DNA of 64,000 nucleotides from the human T2T-CHM13v2.0 reference genome, Homo sapiens, in NCBI RefSeq assembly GCF_009914755.1, contig NC_060932.1; one strand, written 5' to 3'. The notes under the pieces were generated by a model. The model did not search any database. It was not told where the DNA came from and worked only from the letters and a program-made list of their open reading frames with translations. The translations under genes were made by a program, and so were the position numbers. Every line of letters begins with the position of its first letter. Position 1 is the first letter of the stretch. Of this stretch, positions 50,310-64,000 are shown in pieces.

Positions 50310-51542
50310 CAGTCATTTAATAACTGAGATATATTTCAGGAAATGCCTCTCAGTTAGATGGTTCCACTGTTGTACAAACACCACAGAATTTGCTTGCACA
50401 ACCTGAGACAGCATAACGTACTGCACAGCGAGGTTATACAGTACAGCCTATTTCTCCTAGGTTACACACCTGTATAGCATATGACTGTATTGAATACTGT
50501 AGGCAAAAGTAACATAATGGTAAGTAGTTGTTTAAACACATCTACACATAGAAAAAGTAAAGTAAAAGTACAGTCTAAAAGATTTAAAAAAAAAATGATA
50601 CACAGATACAGGGCACTTACCATGAATGGAGTTTGCAGGATGGTAGTTGCTCTGGGTGAGTCAATGAATGAGTGATGAGTAAATGTGAAGGCCTAGGATG
50701 TTACTATACAGCACTATAGACTTTATAAATACTGAGCACTTAGACTACACTACATTTATAAAAAGTATTTTTTTCTGCAATAATAAACTAAGCTTAGCTT
50801 ACTGTAACATTTTTTACTTTACAAAGTTAATTTTTTCAACTTTGGCCTTTTTTGTAGAAGTGCTTAGCTTAAAACACAAACACATTATGTAGCTGTACAA
50901 AATTATTCTATATCCTTATTCTCTACATTTTTTTTCTACTTTTAAATTTACAAATTACTTTTTTATTTTTGGCTTTTTAAAATGTTTATAAAAAATAAGA
51001 CAAACACACACATTAGCCTTGGCCTGCATATAGTCAGGATGAGTTCCATCATCACATCTTGTCCCACTGGAAGGTCTTCAGGGGCAATAACACGCATGGA
51101 GCTGTCATCTCTTATGATAATGATGCCGTCTTCTGGATACCTTCTGAAGGAACTGCTTGAGCCTGTTTTATAGTTAACTATATTTTTAATAAATAGAAGG
51201 AGTACACTAAAAAAATAGGAGTACAGTAAATACAGTAATATTTACTGTATTACTATAATACAGTAAATACATAAACCAGTAACATATTCTTTCTTATCAT
51301 CATTATTATTATGTAGCATACATCATAATCGTATGTGCTAGACTTACACAGCTGTCAGCACAGCAGGTTTGTTTACACCAGCATGACCACAAACACAAGA
51401 GTAATGCATTGCTCTATGACATTACAACGGCTATGACATTGCTAGGGGATAGGAATTTTTCAGCTCCCTTATAACCTTATAGGATCACCGTCGCATATGC
51501 AGTTCATCATTAACCCAAACATCCTTATGCGGCACATGACTG
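50310..51542 (+). mobile_element. Tigger3b-like (TcMar-Tigger, MER7/Golem group) non-autonomous DNA transposon, ~1.23 kb
   Basis: Termini CAGTCAT...ATGACTG flanked by TA on both sides. Internal motifs GGGCACTTACCATGAATGGAG and CAGCAGGTTTGTTTACACCAGCAT. Confidence 0.88.
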
Positions 51543-52245
51543 TATTTAAAATGCTATATCTGACATGTTGCATTGGGTTACTCTGTTTCATAAATTATTT
51601 GCTTCACTTTTTTTTCTCATGTTAATATCTCTTAAATTGGAATATATGTAAATTTGTGAACACTTCAGTTGAAAACTTCTGGTAAGACCAAGAAATTGCC
51701 AGCATCAAAGTCGTTTTTTTGATACAATGAAATACAGTTACACAAGTAAGGTAAATAATGCGTTTTTTTTAAGCAATATTATTGCTGTAGACAAATTAGA
51801 CTCATTTTCTTTTTCATTTCTCATGGAGAAGAATATTTTGGTTTGCTTATAAAGTTCCTTAAAATTTACAAACATGTTCACAAGCATTATTTAATTTCAA
51901 CATCATAACAGTTATGTAAGGAAGGGAAGAGATAGTGTGTCACCCCTTTGTAGAGTAATAAACCAAGTCTTGTATGTTAAATGCTTTGGTGGTTATATTG
52001 TTAGTAAGAGATGAAGCCAGAAACCCTAACTTCTATTTTATGGACATGCTTCAGTGTAAAGACAGAGAAGTCATGTGTTGGGGCTTTGAAGCCCGGAGTT
52101 CTGGTATAATGTCTAATGAAGACTTGGTGAATTCGCAGTGTTGTCTTTTTACCTGTGGCTTCTGCACCTTGGTCCAGTCAGGAATGGCCAGGTTAGCAAT
52201 GTGAAGTGATGTGTGCCAGCCTGTGTAACTCCAGGTTTTCACCAG

Positions 52246-52398
52246 GACAGTGACCTGCTGGACCGACGGAAACAGTGCTTCACCGTGCAGTCTGAGTCTG
52301 GGGAGGACCTGTACTTCTCAGTGGAGCTGGAAAGTGACCTCGCCCAGTGGGAAAGAGCCTTCCAGACAGCAACCTTTCTAGAAGTAGAACGGATACAG
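52246..52398 (+). CDS. SNTG1: SNTG1 internal coding exon C (153 nt, phase 0-0): DSDLLDRRKQCFTVQSESGEDLYFSVELESDLAQWERAFQTATFLEVERIQ
   Basis: Acceptor ttttcaccag|GAC and donor CAG|gtgaga. Lies in ORF 52213..52446. Contains the PH-domain C-terminal helix pattern (DLAQWERAF). Confidence 0.93.
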
Positions 52399-55300
52399 GT
52401 GAGAGTCTGTGGGACTGCAGGATGTGTGGCTCCCTCAGATGCATGACCACTTCCCTAGAGTTCTAATATCATTCCAAAGTAGTGTAAAAATACAGTTCTG
52501 GGAATCTTGACCTCAAATACATTCTATAATTAGCCATTTTTGTTTAGTGACTAGTAATACAGCTCTGAATAAAATTTTAATTTTTCCACGACTTGATCTT
52601 TCCAGGCTATTTCCTACTACTAATTAAAAATATATTTCTAATTTTAATTAGACATTACTCTGACTTAAATCTAATATAGAAAATACTCTGATTTAATGAA
52701 ATGTTGACAAGGTCACTTCCTGTTCTCCAAATATGACCTCCTAATTTCCAGCCTGTTGGCGTCATTTACTCACAATGCTCTTTCCCTTTGCCTCCATCCT
52801 TCAAAGCCACACAGAGTTTTTGAGACTTTTTATCAAAGGTCATATCATCCAGGAACATGTCCCTGATTTCCAGTCCACCCTGCCTAATGCTTGCCAATAC
52901 TCCTTCTACAACTATCCTGTTCAAACAACTCTTCTTCTCACTTTTGAACACAATATAATGTACTTTTCTGGTTTTTTTACAGATAAGAAAACACAAACTA
53001 ATCAATTGTATTCATACTACTCATGAAAAGCAATTACATTTTTACATGAAGTCATTAACACATACAACAATAAAAATCATAAAAGTAATACATCTGATTA
53101 GAAATACAATATAGGAAATAGATTTTAAAATAGTGTAGTTTAGTGATAAAATTTATACTGTGTTTTCTACTTATTTATAGCAGCATCTATAAGATTCTTC
53201 TATTTATTTGTCTTTTTTTTTTAAGGATTGCACACACTCAGTCTGTTTTGTATTGCAGTGACATGTGCTTGTTATTCCCTGCACTAAATTATAGGTTGTT
53301 TGGAATTATCTTATCATGTGCCAACCAAAGTCCACTGCATTTTGCACATCATGAGTATTCAACAGATATTTATTGAACTTTGTTTCTTAAGTGTGAAGTT
53401 ATACACTAGATCAAACTTTATAGAGCCCTCAGCTTCTGTCTTCACAAGACCATTGAACAAAACAGCCTCCCAAAGTTGGTCCTGTGGCTGACCTCAAACA
53501 GACCTGTGGACAAATTAAAAGGTTTTCATGCGCTTGCCACATGCAAATAGATCCATAGAGCAAGGACCTAAATACACACATGGACACTTAATTTTGAAAA
53601 CAAATGTGGTGAATAATCTAGCATTGACTATACTGGAATGTTTGCGTAAAACAGGATTGTTGGATACATATATTTTGAACATGTTGAACTGATTTCTATT
53701 TTCTGACTACAAACCTCTGTAATCAACACATCAAGTTGTACCAGTATGACATTACAATCAGGGGAAGAGGACAGAAAGAAAACTCCAATTATAGTTTTTT
53801 TAATTGTTCAGTTGACTCTTTTCAATAACTCTGCTTTTATCTTCATGCACCTAAAAAGTCTTAAATAGCCAAAAAATAGTTTCCACAATTAGAACCTCAA
53901 TTCAAAAAAATAGATATTATATCAAAAATGGAAACAAAACTATATTAAATATGATTTTATTCTGAGTCAAGATCCAAGACCATTTAAAGCATTAAAATAT
54001 AATTTAATGGAATGCAAGTTGACAGTTTTGTTATTGAAATTTATATTTTTAGGTTTCTAAAATTATTATTTCTCTACAATAGTCCACTTCGCTTGGAAAC
54101 AGCTACATGGTAATTTTAACATTTTGGTTCCAATTTAGTATTTTATTTTAAGTCTCCTGATATTTATAAATTAGATAGAGATAAAATCTTTGAATCTGGG
54201 CTTTGTATTCTGTAAACTGATATTCAGTGAAATACATTGGCCTATTTCCTTACCCATTCACAATGCCAGTGTAAGATAAACATCAGAAGTGAAAGGTAAA
54301 ACATTTAATGTCTTTTTAGCTTTTAGTTGTTCTACAGATTTTATAACTCTTATTTATTTACCACATAAGAAATCAATGAACACCTTTGTAGTATTACTTT
54401 CAAATTTAAAGTATGTGAATATATTTACATGAAGAACCTTAACACGTTTTTCTTCTATATTCTTAATTTATCACTTCCAGTAAAGTTGATAGGGAATTAA
54501 ATAAAGAAGGAATATAAGTTCTATCGTAAAACAAGCAGAAAGAAAAAAATTAATGAATTGACTTTCAAAGTGTTCCTCATTTAAACTTCCTTAAAAAGGA
54601 TAATTTATGTATTGATTTTTCTCTGTATAATTTGTTTTTAAGGAAACAAATTAAACAACAAATTAAATATTTCAATATTAAACATATTAACTATACGCAT
54701 GATATGCTATTAATATTATAAATGATAGAACTTGAGTCTGTATATAAATTGAGACTTCAATGAGTCTCAATTTATAGCACATCTATTTGTTTCAATTTCA
54801 TGATTATTGAGAAAATCTAATTTAATTTGTAATGCTGAACATAATAAAAAAATTTTAATACACTGCACCGAATTTATTTTCACCTGACATTTTCTTGTTT
54901 AAATGACAGTGCTTGAAATAAGCAAACCATTATGTCTAAATTAGGAGAAAATTTTATGGCCTTAAACATTCCTTAATGTTGATAATAGTTTTAATAAAGT
55001 GCTAATAGGTGGATGTAAGCATGCACAATGCTTATGTATTAAACAAATATAATTACTCCTGAAAATGGACTTTTGAGGCCCATTAAGTATGTTCTTTAGT
55101 CTGCTTTTTTTAAAAAAATGTAACTCTAAAAGAATAATTTTGCATTATTATAATTTTTCTATGCTAATAAGGCTTAAACACATGAATGTAATTTTTGGTG
55201 AAGGCAACTCGATGTATTTAGTCATGATTACATTCAGAATGGGATTCAATTAATGTAGTTTTATACACAGTACTATAAAAACAAATACAATGCAAGGATA

Positions 55301-55570
55301 GGTGTTAAAAATTTGCTTCAGATAAACTTCTCTTCCTTTTTTTCTTCTCTCTCTTTGTCTCTTTCTATTTCTCTCTCATCTTGTACATGGATCACAAATA
55401 TTTTTCATGATTGGAATATCCCACTACGATTTAAAATTAAATGCAAATAAAACTGGCTTATAGATGTAACAATACATCATGTCGTATATAAACCTTAAGT
55501 TTTTATTTCATATTTGATTTATATCCTGTTTTCTTTATATTTCAGTATCCGTATTTACTATGAAAAATTA

Positions 55571-55871
55571 GGCTGGGCACAGTGGCTCACGCCTGTAATC
55601 CCAGCACTTTGGGAGGCCGAGGCGGGTGGATCACGAGGTCAGGCGTTCGAGACCAGCCCAGCCAAGATGGTGAAACCCCGTCTCTACTAAAAATACAAAA
55701 ATTAGCCAGGCACGGTGGCGGGCGACTGTAATGCCAGTTACTCAGGAGGCCGAGGGAAGAGCATTTATTGAACCCAACAGACAGAGGTTGCAGTGAGCCG
55801 ACACCGCACCACTACGCTCTAGCCTGGGCAACAGAGCAAGACTCTGTTTCAAAAAAAAAAACCCCAAACAA
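55571..55871 (+). mobile_element. AluSg-like element
   Basis: GGATCACGAGGTCAGG diagnostic. 9-bp TSD GAAAAATTA at 55562-55570 and 55872-55880. Confidence 0.93.
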
Positions 55872-56261
55872 GAAAAATTATAATATTATCTGATCTCATT
55901 GTGAAAAGTAATTACTTGTTGATTTTTAAAGAATTATCTGTAGTTATAAACAAATAAATTGGAAAGTGGTAAATATCTGTAGGAATATCTCGTGCAATAT
56001 TGAAGAACAGAGTAAGACTGTTAAGATCAAGATCTATTCTTTTGGCTTGGTTACTGAATCTGTATTTGTGTGCATGAGAATGTGGTTTAATAATATCCAT
56101 GAAATTGATATCCTGAGAATTCAAGACAGTGCTATTTAACAATAGTTCTCTTTTAGTTTAATGAAAATGGTTGGCTACAGTAAATAACAACTTAACATAA
56201 ACTTGCCTACACCTAAAACTTTTTATATTATATACCACCTTTATTGTCAACACAGCAAAGA

Positions 56262-56490
56262 CAGACAGTGTAGCACAATGTACAGACAAAACTAGAGGGA
56301 GCAGGATTGGAAACTCGGCGGGGCATACACCTTGGCAAGTTAAATAAAACCCAACACTCTCAGCTTCTGTTTCATTAACATTAAAATGTTGATAATACTC
56401 CCTTCTTTATACAATTATTGTTAATATTAAATTAGATATTGTATGAAGTACTTATTGCAGAAGCTGTAACATAGTTCATAATATTGATAT
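56262..56490 (+). mobile_element. MIR just upstream of exon D
   Basis: CCTTGGCAAGTTA...CTCTCAGCTTCTGTTTC...TAAAATG...ATTAAATTAGATATTGTATGAAG. Confidence 0.6.
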
Positions 56491-56535
56491 TGCATCAATA
56501 ACATGAAAAGTAACAATACTTTCTGTTCTACCTAG

Positions 56536-56628
56536 TGCAAGACCTATGCATGTGTGCTAGAAAGTCATCTAATGGGACTCACAATTGATTTCAGCACAGG
56601 ATTTATCTGCTTTGATGCTGCAACAAAG
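56536..56628 (+). CDS. SNTG1: SNTG1 internal coding exon D (93 nt, phase 0-0): CKTYACVLESHLMGLTIDFSTGFICFDAATK
   Basis: Acceptor ctttctgttctacctag|TGC and donor AAG|gtaatg. In frame with exon C. Confidence 0.92.
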
Positions 56629-59600
56629 GTAATGTGTTCAGGTCAGCTCTGAGAAATATGCTGCAAACATTCTAATTGAAGAATGATTTAAATGCCTCAT
56701 AACTCCTTTCAGCATTTTAATTGTAATCGTGTCAAATTTAAGATCTTCGTTTTTGTTAATGGAAGATAAATTATGCTTCGATCTGAAAAAAAGTTTGAAT
56801 TTTTAATAAAACATATGTAGTACCACAAAACTATAACTATGTGAAAGTATTTATTTATAAGTCTATCTATGTATGTATCTATCTATCAATCATTTCCCTG
56901 TTTTTTAAAGATATGACTTTATAATTGAAGGGACATTTTCTTCCCCAAAAAGCAGTTTTTAAAAAACATGTTTCTTTATACTTTACCTGCATCAACTTCT
57001 GCAATACAAAAAGAAAGAAAACATGTTGTTTTTTTAAAAAAAATTATAGCTGACATGTTAGAATTATTGAATGGTGAAAATTTAAAGTTTAGTTTCTAGC
57101 CAGGGAGTAGGACTTTTATAAACACTTGACTTAATAAGGATTATGCACTATGAGGTGCTCTTTTCCCAAAGTGTACATCTCTGGGAGTGATGCACATTGA
57201 ATGACAGAGGGTGCCTACTCAGCCAGTCATACCTAAAAAAATCCAATTTTGATTATTATGGAATGGCAAATGACAAAGCCAAAGCATTGCACATTATTAT
57301 CATTATTTTTAATTGGAAGCGATCTTAAAGCTCAACTGACCCCCATTCAACTGCTAATCTCCTTCTAGTCACTGCTACAGTTTGTGACTTGGAACTGTTG
57401 TCCCCATGGAAGACATCCTCTTCCCTCTCATTGAGGATCTCAGTTCCTTAGATCCATTCCATTTCCTCCTTCATCAAAGTATGGCTTGGGTATAAATTGA
57501 TTTGTTCCTTCTCACTAATTTTAAGGATTCATGAGTAATCCTTTACCAGAACACACATATTTTATCTAGAAATTAAGTTTTGTGTAGGATTTTCTAAAGC
57601 AAATGGCAACAAAATAAAACAGTGATACGAATGTGTAAGAAAGATGGAGTGTAGGAGGCAGTGGGGGTTCTTGAGTTGGGAAAGATGAATGTCTAATGGT
57701 GGGATCCAGGTAGGATGCCGCCCTGTGTTCATTCACCTTGTGAATCTTCATGACTCAGCAGTTGGCATTGTCCTGCAAAATCTCACATTACTTAAAGATA
57801 TAGTTATTTTTATTTTAACATGGTAAAATTAGACAGCACACATTTGCTGGTCAGATTTGGCCATCTAATGTGTTGCCTTCACATCATGACAAAGGAATAC
57901 TTTGTGAATAAGGAATTTTAAATGCCAATGACTCTTGAAAACTTTCAAATGAGGCTGCCATAAACTATTCCTATTACTAAAGTTTTTTTTATTAAAATGT
58001 TCATCAAATCAAGATAGGCTCCTGAGTATTAAATTAATTTGATAAATTAATTGAATTATTAAATTATCAATTAAATGAGTAATAAGTTAATTTTATAAAT
58101 AAATTTAGAAACAAATTTCACTAACTAGAAAAGTCAAAGTCTGATTTTAAAAAGAAAACGCTATTGCCAGAATTGTCACCAAACTCTAGTACACGAATGT
58201 ATAAGAATCTTACATTAGCGAATGAGAAAAATAAAATTCACATGAATATATTTCTGAGTATGCGAATCTATTCTGAGTTTATTTTAAAGCTAGCATAATA
58301 CAGACCTATGTCAGTGTCCTGTTGGCTCTGTATAATAAGGGAGAAAATCATGACACCAATGTCCTATCTGACATTCCTGTCTACTTCTGCTGGGTGTTCT
58401 GGGAACGAGTGCGTAGTCAGGAGTGTCTAAGTGAATGATTATGATGCCATCCAGAGAAAACAGTTTAGTAGGAAATGAGAATTTAATCAGTCCAAGCTTG
58501 ATACTCAAGGAAAGCACCAGAGGCCTTCAGGAATAGTAGTCACTGTTCTATTTTCTGATTCTTTCATTGGAAGCATCTAACTTCAAGGTAATCTCAGAAT
58601 TGGGAAAGGCTAAAAGGAATCTACACATTAATCAAGAAGGTTATATTATCCATCACTGATTATACTTGGAGAATGAAAGTAGGAGCTATTAATAGTTATG
58701 TCAGACATAAGGAGGAGGACAAGCATAAATGGAGATTCCTGGGCAACCCACTGAGCTGGGCTGACTGCAAGAAACTTGCACCCCTTCATCAGATGAGGCT
58801 GGAAGTTATTTTTAAATATGATAAAAAGGTAATTGTTACATACAAATCAAAACATGCTTTGTCTAATGTTTTATTAAAATAAATAATATCTAGTTATTTT
58901 CTATCTATTTTTTCTAAGTAATATGAATGTGAAAAATATCTTTAAGACTATATGTCCAAGAGTTTTTGAATGTTTGGATTCAGGAGAGTTTACCCTTTAG
59001 CTGAACATGCTTTGTCCTTCTGCACTTCATCTTGATCAAGTCCTCCAACTTTGAAGTTACTACAGAAGCAAACCAAAGGTCTTGAAATAAAGAAGAGATT
59101 CCAGGAAAGGGGTGGACTCTATTCTGGGTCATTAATTGAGCTCCATATAAAGCAAATAGTGTATTCTTAATACATCAGTGAAGGAAAGAATTGCTGCATC
59201 TCTCTTATTGCAGGGAATGAGAGTCGGCATGATTTTAGATTACACTGGTATGCTAAACGTTTGGATATAGAGGGATGTCTGGGAATGTCGAGCTAATTCT
59301 CATTACTTACCACCTGTGCTTGGAAGTTCCCAGAGTAAACGATTACCCTTGACTTGCCAGAGCATAAGACGTATTAAATAGCATTCTGTTCCCTATACTT
59401 ACATTTACATTAGTAGCATATCAAGAGGTGATACATTCTTCAGTTCCCTTACTGTTGCTGAGTGATTCCCTCCCTAATTCATTACTGTACAGCTCAGCTT
59501 GTTCTTTGTAATTCTCTTCCTTATTAAAATGTAGCATTTTCACTGTTAGAGAAGGGTATTATTATTATTATGTCAAAGTATAATGTTAACCATACTTAAA

Positions 59601-59734
59601 TAATTTACATAGCTAAAAGCATAATCTTGTTGCCATTATATTCTTTTAAAAATGTATATGTGCATTAATTAATTTTATATAGTGATAGAGTTCCTAGTTA
59701 AACAGAAACCTCATCAGTGGCATCTACAAAACAC

Positions 59735-60100
59735 TCATTTAATTTGTGAATAAATCTTCACTGAATGCCTGCTGTCTCTTGAGAGACATGGGAGGGCATA
59801 CACATCAGTCTTCACAGACGTTTCCTTGAAGTGGAGACAAGGAGGATGAAACTATCCAGACAGATATCTGTAAGTGAGGATGGACATGGAATTTGAGGGA
59901 AGAGGAGATGAGAAATCATGTCTGTGGGTATCTAAGAGCCAGATTTGAAAAAAGGTCCAGTTAAGAAATTGGAAGTGATTCTAAGAACAGAGGAATACCT
60001 TTAGGGTTTGAGACAAAGGAAAGAAATGATCAGATGTGTGTTTGAGAATCGAAAACTAGTGGAATAATGTATGACTGAAATTAAGACAATCTGGGCAAAA
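59735..60100 (-). mobile_element. L2 fragment
   Basis: CTCATTTAATTTGTGAATAAATCTTCACTGAATGCCTGCTG 3'-end motif and ATGATCAGATGTGTGTTTGAGA. Confidence 0.5.
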
Positions 60101-60118
60101 CCCAGATTCCAAATGTGT

Positions 60119-62181
<2,063 letters not shown>

Positions 62182-64000
62182 CAGATTCCAGATTTTTGAA
62201 ATCTGTCCTCCACTGGGCATTTGCCACTCTATCACATTCCTGAGAAAAAAATACATGCATGGATGACAAAGTCAAAGAATAACACTATGAATTGAGGGAG
62301 GAAAATGATCAGAGTGTAACCTGAGAACAAAGAGACATCAGTACAATTGAAAGTTAACGTTCCAGGAGGTGGGTGTGGAGAGGAAAGCTGGAGAAACAGA
62401 TTGGGCCACATGATCAAGGTCCAGCACAGGCTCAACCACAATCTAATTTACACAGTGGAAAGACCATTCTAGCTGAGGTACAGCTTGCATCAAGCAGGTG
62501 GGGGCAATACTTAATGGGTGTTTATGTTTTCCCTCGATGACTCATTATAGAATAATTTTGAACTTTGGTTTTGTAAAAACCAAAACCAAAAACAACAACA
62601 AAAACAAAAACCGTAAAAGGTAGATACTTGTTATGGGCACCTCCATTTTATGTTTTTGTTTTTGCTTTACAAAATTCCATGATTCTAAAAAAGTTTGAAA
62701 GTTATTCTTTATATAATAAGTATGGGCGTCCAACAAATAACACCTGAGTGTTAGTAGTTAAAATAAGAATGAAGGCATTGGAATCCCACACCTGAGACCT
62801 AGCATTTACTCCTCCTGCTGCAACTCGGGAGTCACAGGGCTCCACGGGATGTCACTGTAGCACAAAGAATATTCATACTATGTAAATATCCATTGTGATT
62901 ATTAGAACATCATAAATTTGACTCTTAAACATGGGTAAGAGTAAAAGACAGCATTACTCATATCATTGCTGGTCTCTAGAATACTAGGTCCCCCAAATTG
63001 TTATAGTCTGATTGCTTTTATTATTATTTAATGTTTTAATAGTTGAAATTGAGAATGGCTATGATAGAATACTTATAAAGGCTTCTTTACTTCAATTTAT
63101 TTAAGAGCCAGTACTGACACATAGCTTGTTAAAAACATTTTTTGGAAATCAAGATTGGTTAACAGATCTATGAAGATAATAAATATGAAGTAAAAGGAAA
63201 CAGTCTTAAGAATGAGCTCTATCACAGGTTATAAGCTACTGTATACTATTATATAATGATTTTATGGTTTATTTTCTCTTTATCTCCTTTATTAGCCTTA
63301 ATTGAATATACATTAAAAGCATTGTTATGGAGGATGTTTGTTAAAACCCACTCACATGTATATTGACCTTCATTTTGCAAACTTACATTCTGAGAATTAA
63401 GAGGCAATCAACGTAATCTTAGCTGAAATCACTTCATTCTGGTTTTTCATATTTTTTCTACAAAATTAGAGGACTTAATTATTTTCCAAAATAATTATGA
63501 TTTACAATTAAATTCACTGTTAACACATTAACATTTTAAGTTCATGAAATACCTTAATCTTTCTAATCCACTTAATCCTTTAAATCGACACTGATTTCTA
63601 GAATCTTTCAAGGTAAAATTTGAATTGAAGTTAATATGGCCCTTTTAATTTTTAAAAATCTTTGATATGGCTTTGATAAACTGAAGGAGCTCTGAGCTAC
63701 TGTTTCTCCCAAAGGTGTATGACCCTCATGTACACACATGTGCACACATACACACACTTTATTACACATCTTTAGGCTTTTTATATAAAGCATTTATATG
63801 ATCATAATATGAATTCCATAGCTTAAACTTCTCAACATAGAATTAACCTTTTATTTCTTAAATTTTATGTTATTATTCCATAATCTTTCAATTATTTCAC
63901 ATCAAAGACAGTTACTAAAAATATAAAAAAAATTGAAACATCAAAATGAATTCTTTCTTGAAATGTCTCCTGTGTAAGTAGAAATCTTCACTATACAAGT

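Overview
Human genomic DNA (the AluYb8 insertion at 34.5 kb is a human-specific subfamily). The window lies inside the 3' half of SNTG1 (gamma-1-syntrophin, recognised from the translated exons) on the + strand. Four coding exons (4575-4691, 6255-6326, 52246-52398, 56536-56628) have canonical AG/GT boundaries, are all phase 0-0, and join into one 145-aa stop-free frame. The rest is intron, dominated by a 45.9-kb intron filled with nested retroelements: an L1PA3-like copy inside an L1PA8-like copy; a full-length antisense L1PA4-like element and an AluYb8 inside an old L1M; a MER4-type LTR inside an internally deleted L1PB-like element; and an LTR10C-like solo LTR inside an L2. Nearly all long ORFs in the supplied track are decayed L1 ORF1/ORF2 pieces, Alu antisense frames or low-complexity frames. 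I see no evidence for a new gene or a CRISPR-like or prokaryotic system. The best leads are: (i) an exon-like island at 28.3-28.5 kb that could be a poison exon or an in-frame alternative start; (ii) an unusually long (~70 bp) L1 target-site duplication; (iii) an L1 antisense promoter pointing into the downstream SNTG1 exons, with a mutated YY1 site; (iv) inverted-Alu-flanked symmetric exons that would give stop-free circular RNAs; (v) a ~2.65-kb L1 fold-back; (vi) an Alu-tail (TTC)19 tract. Repeat subfamily names come from remembered diagnostic positions and need RepeatMasker/Dfam confirmation. Boundaries of old repeats are approximate.
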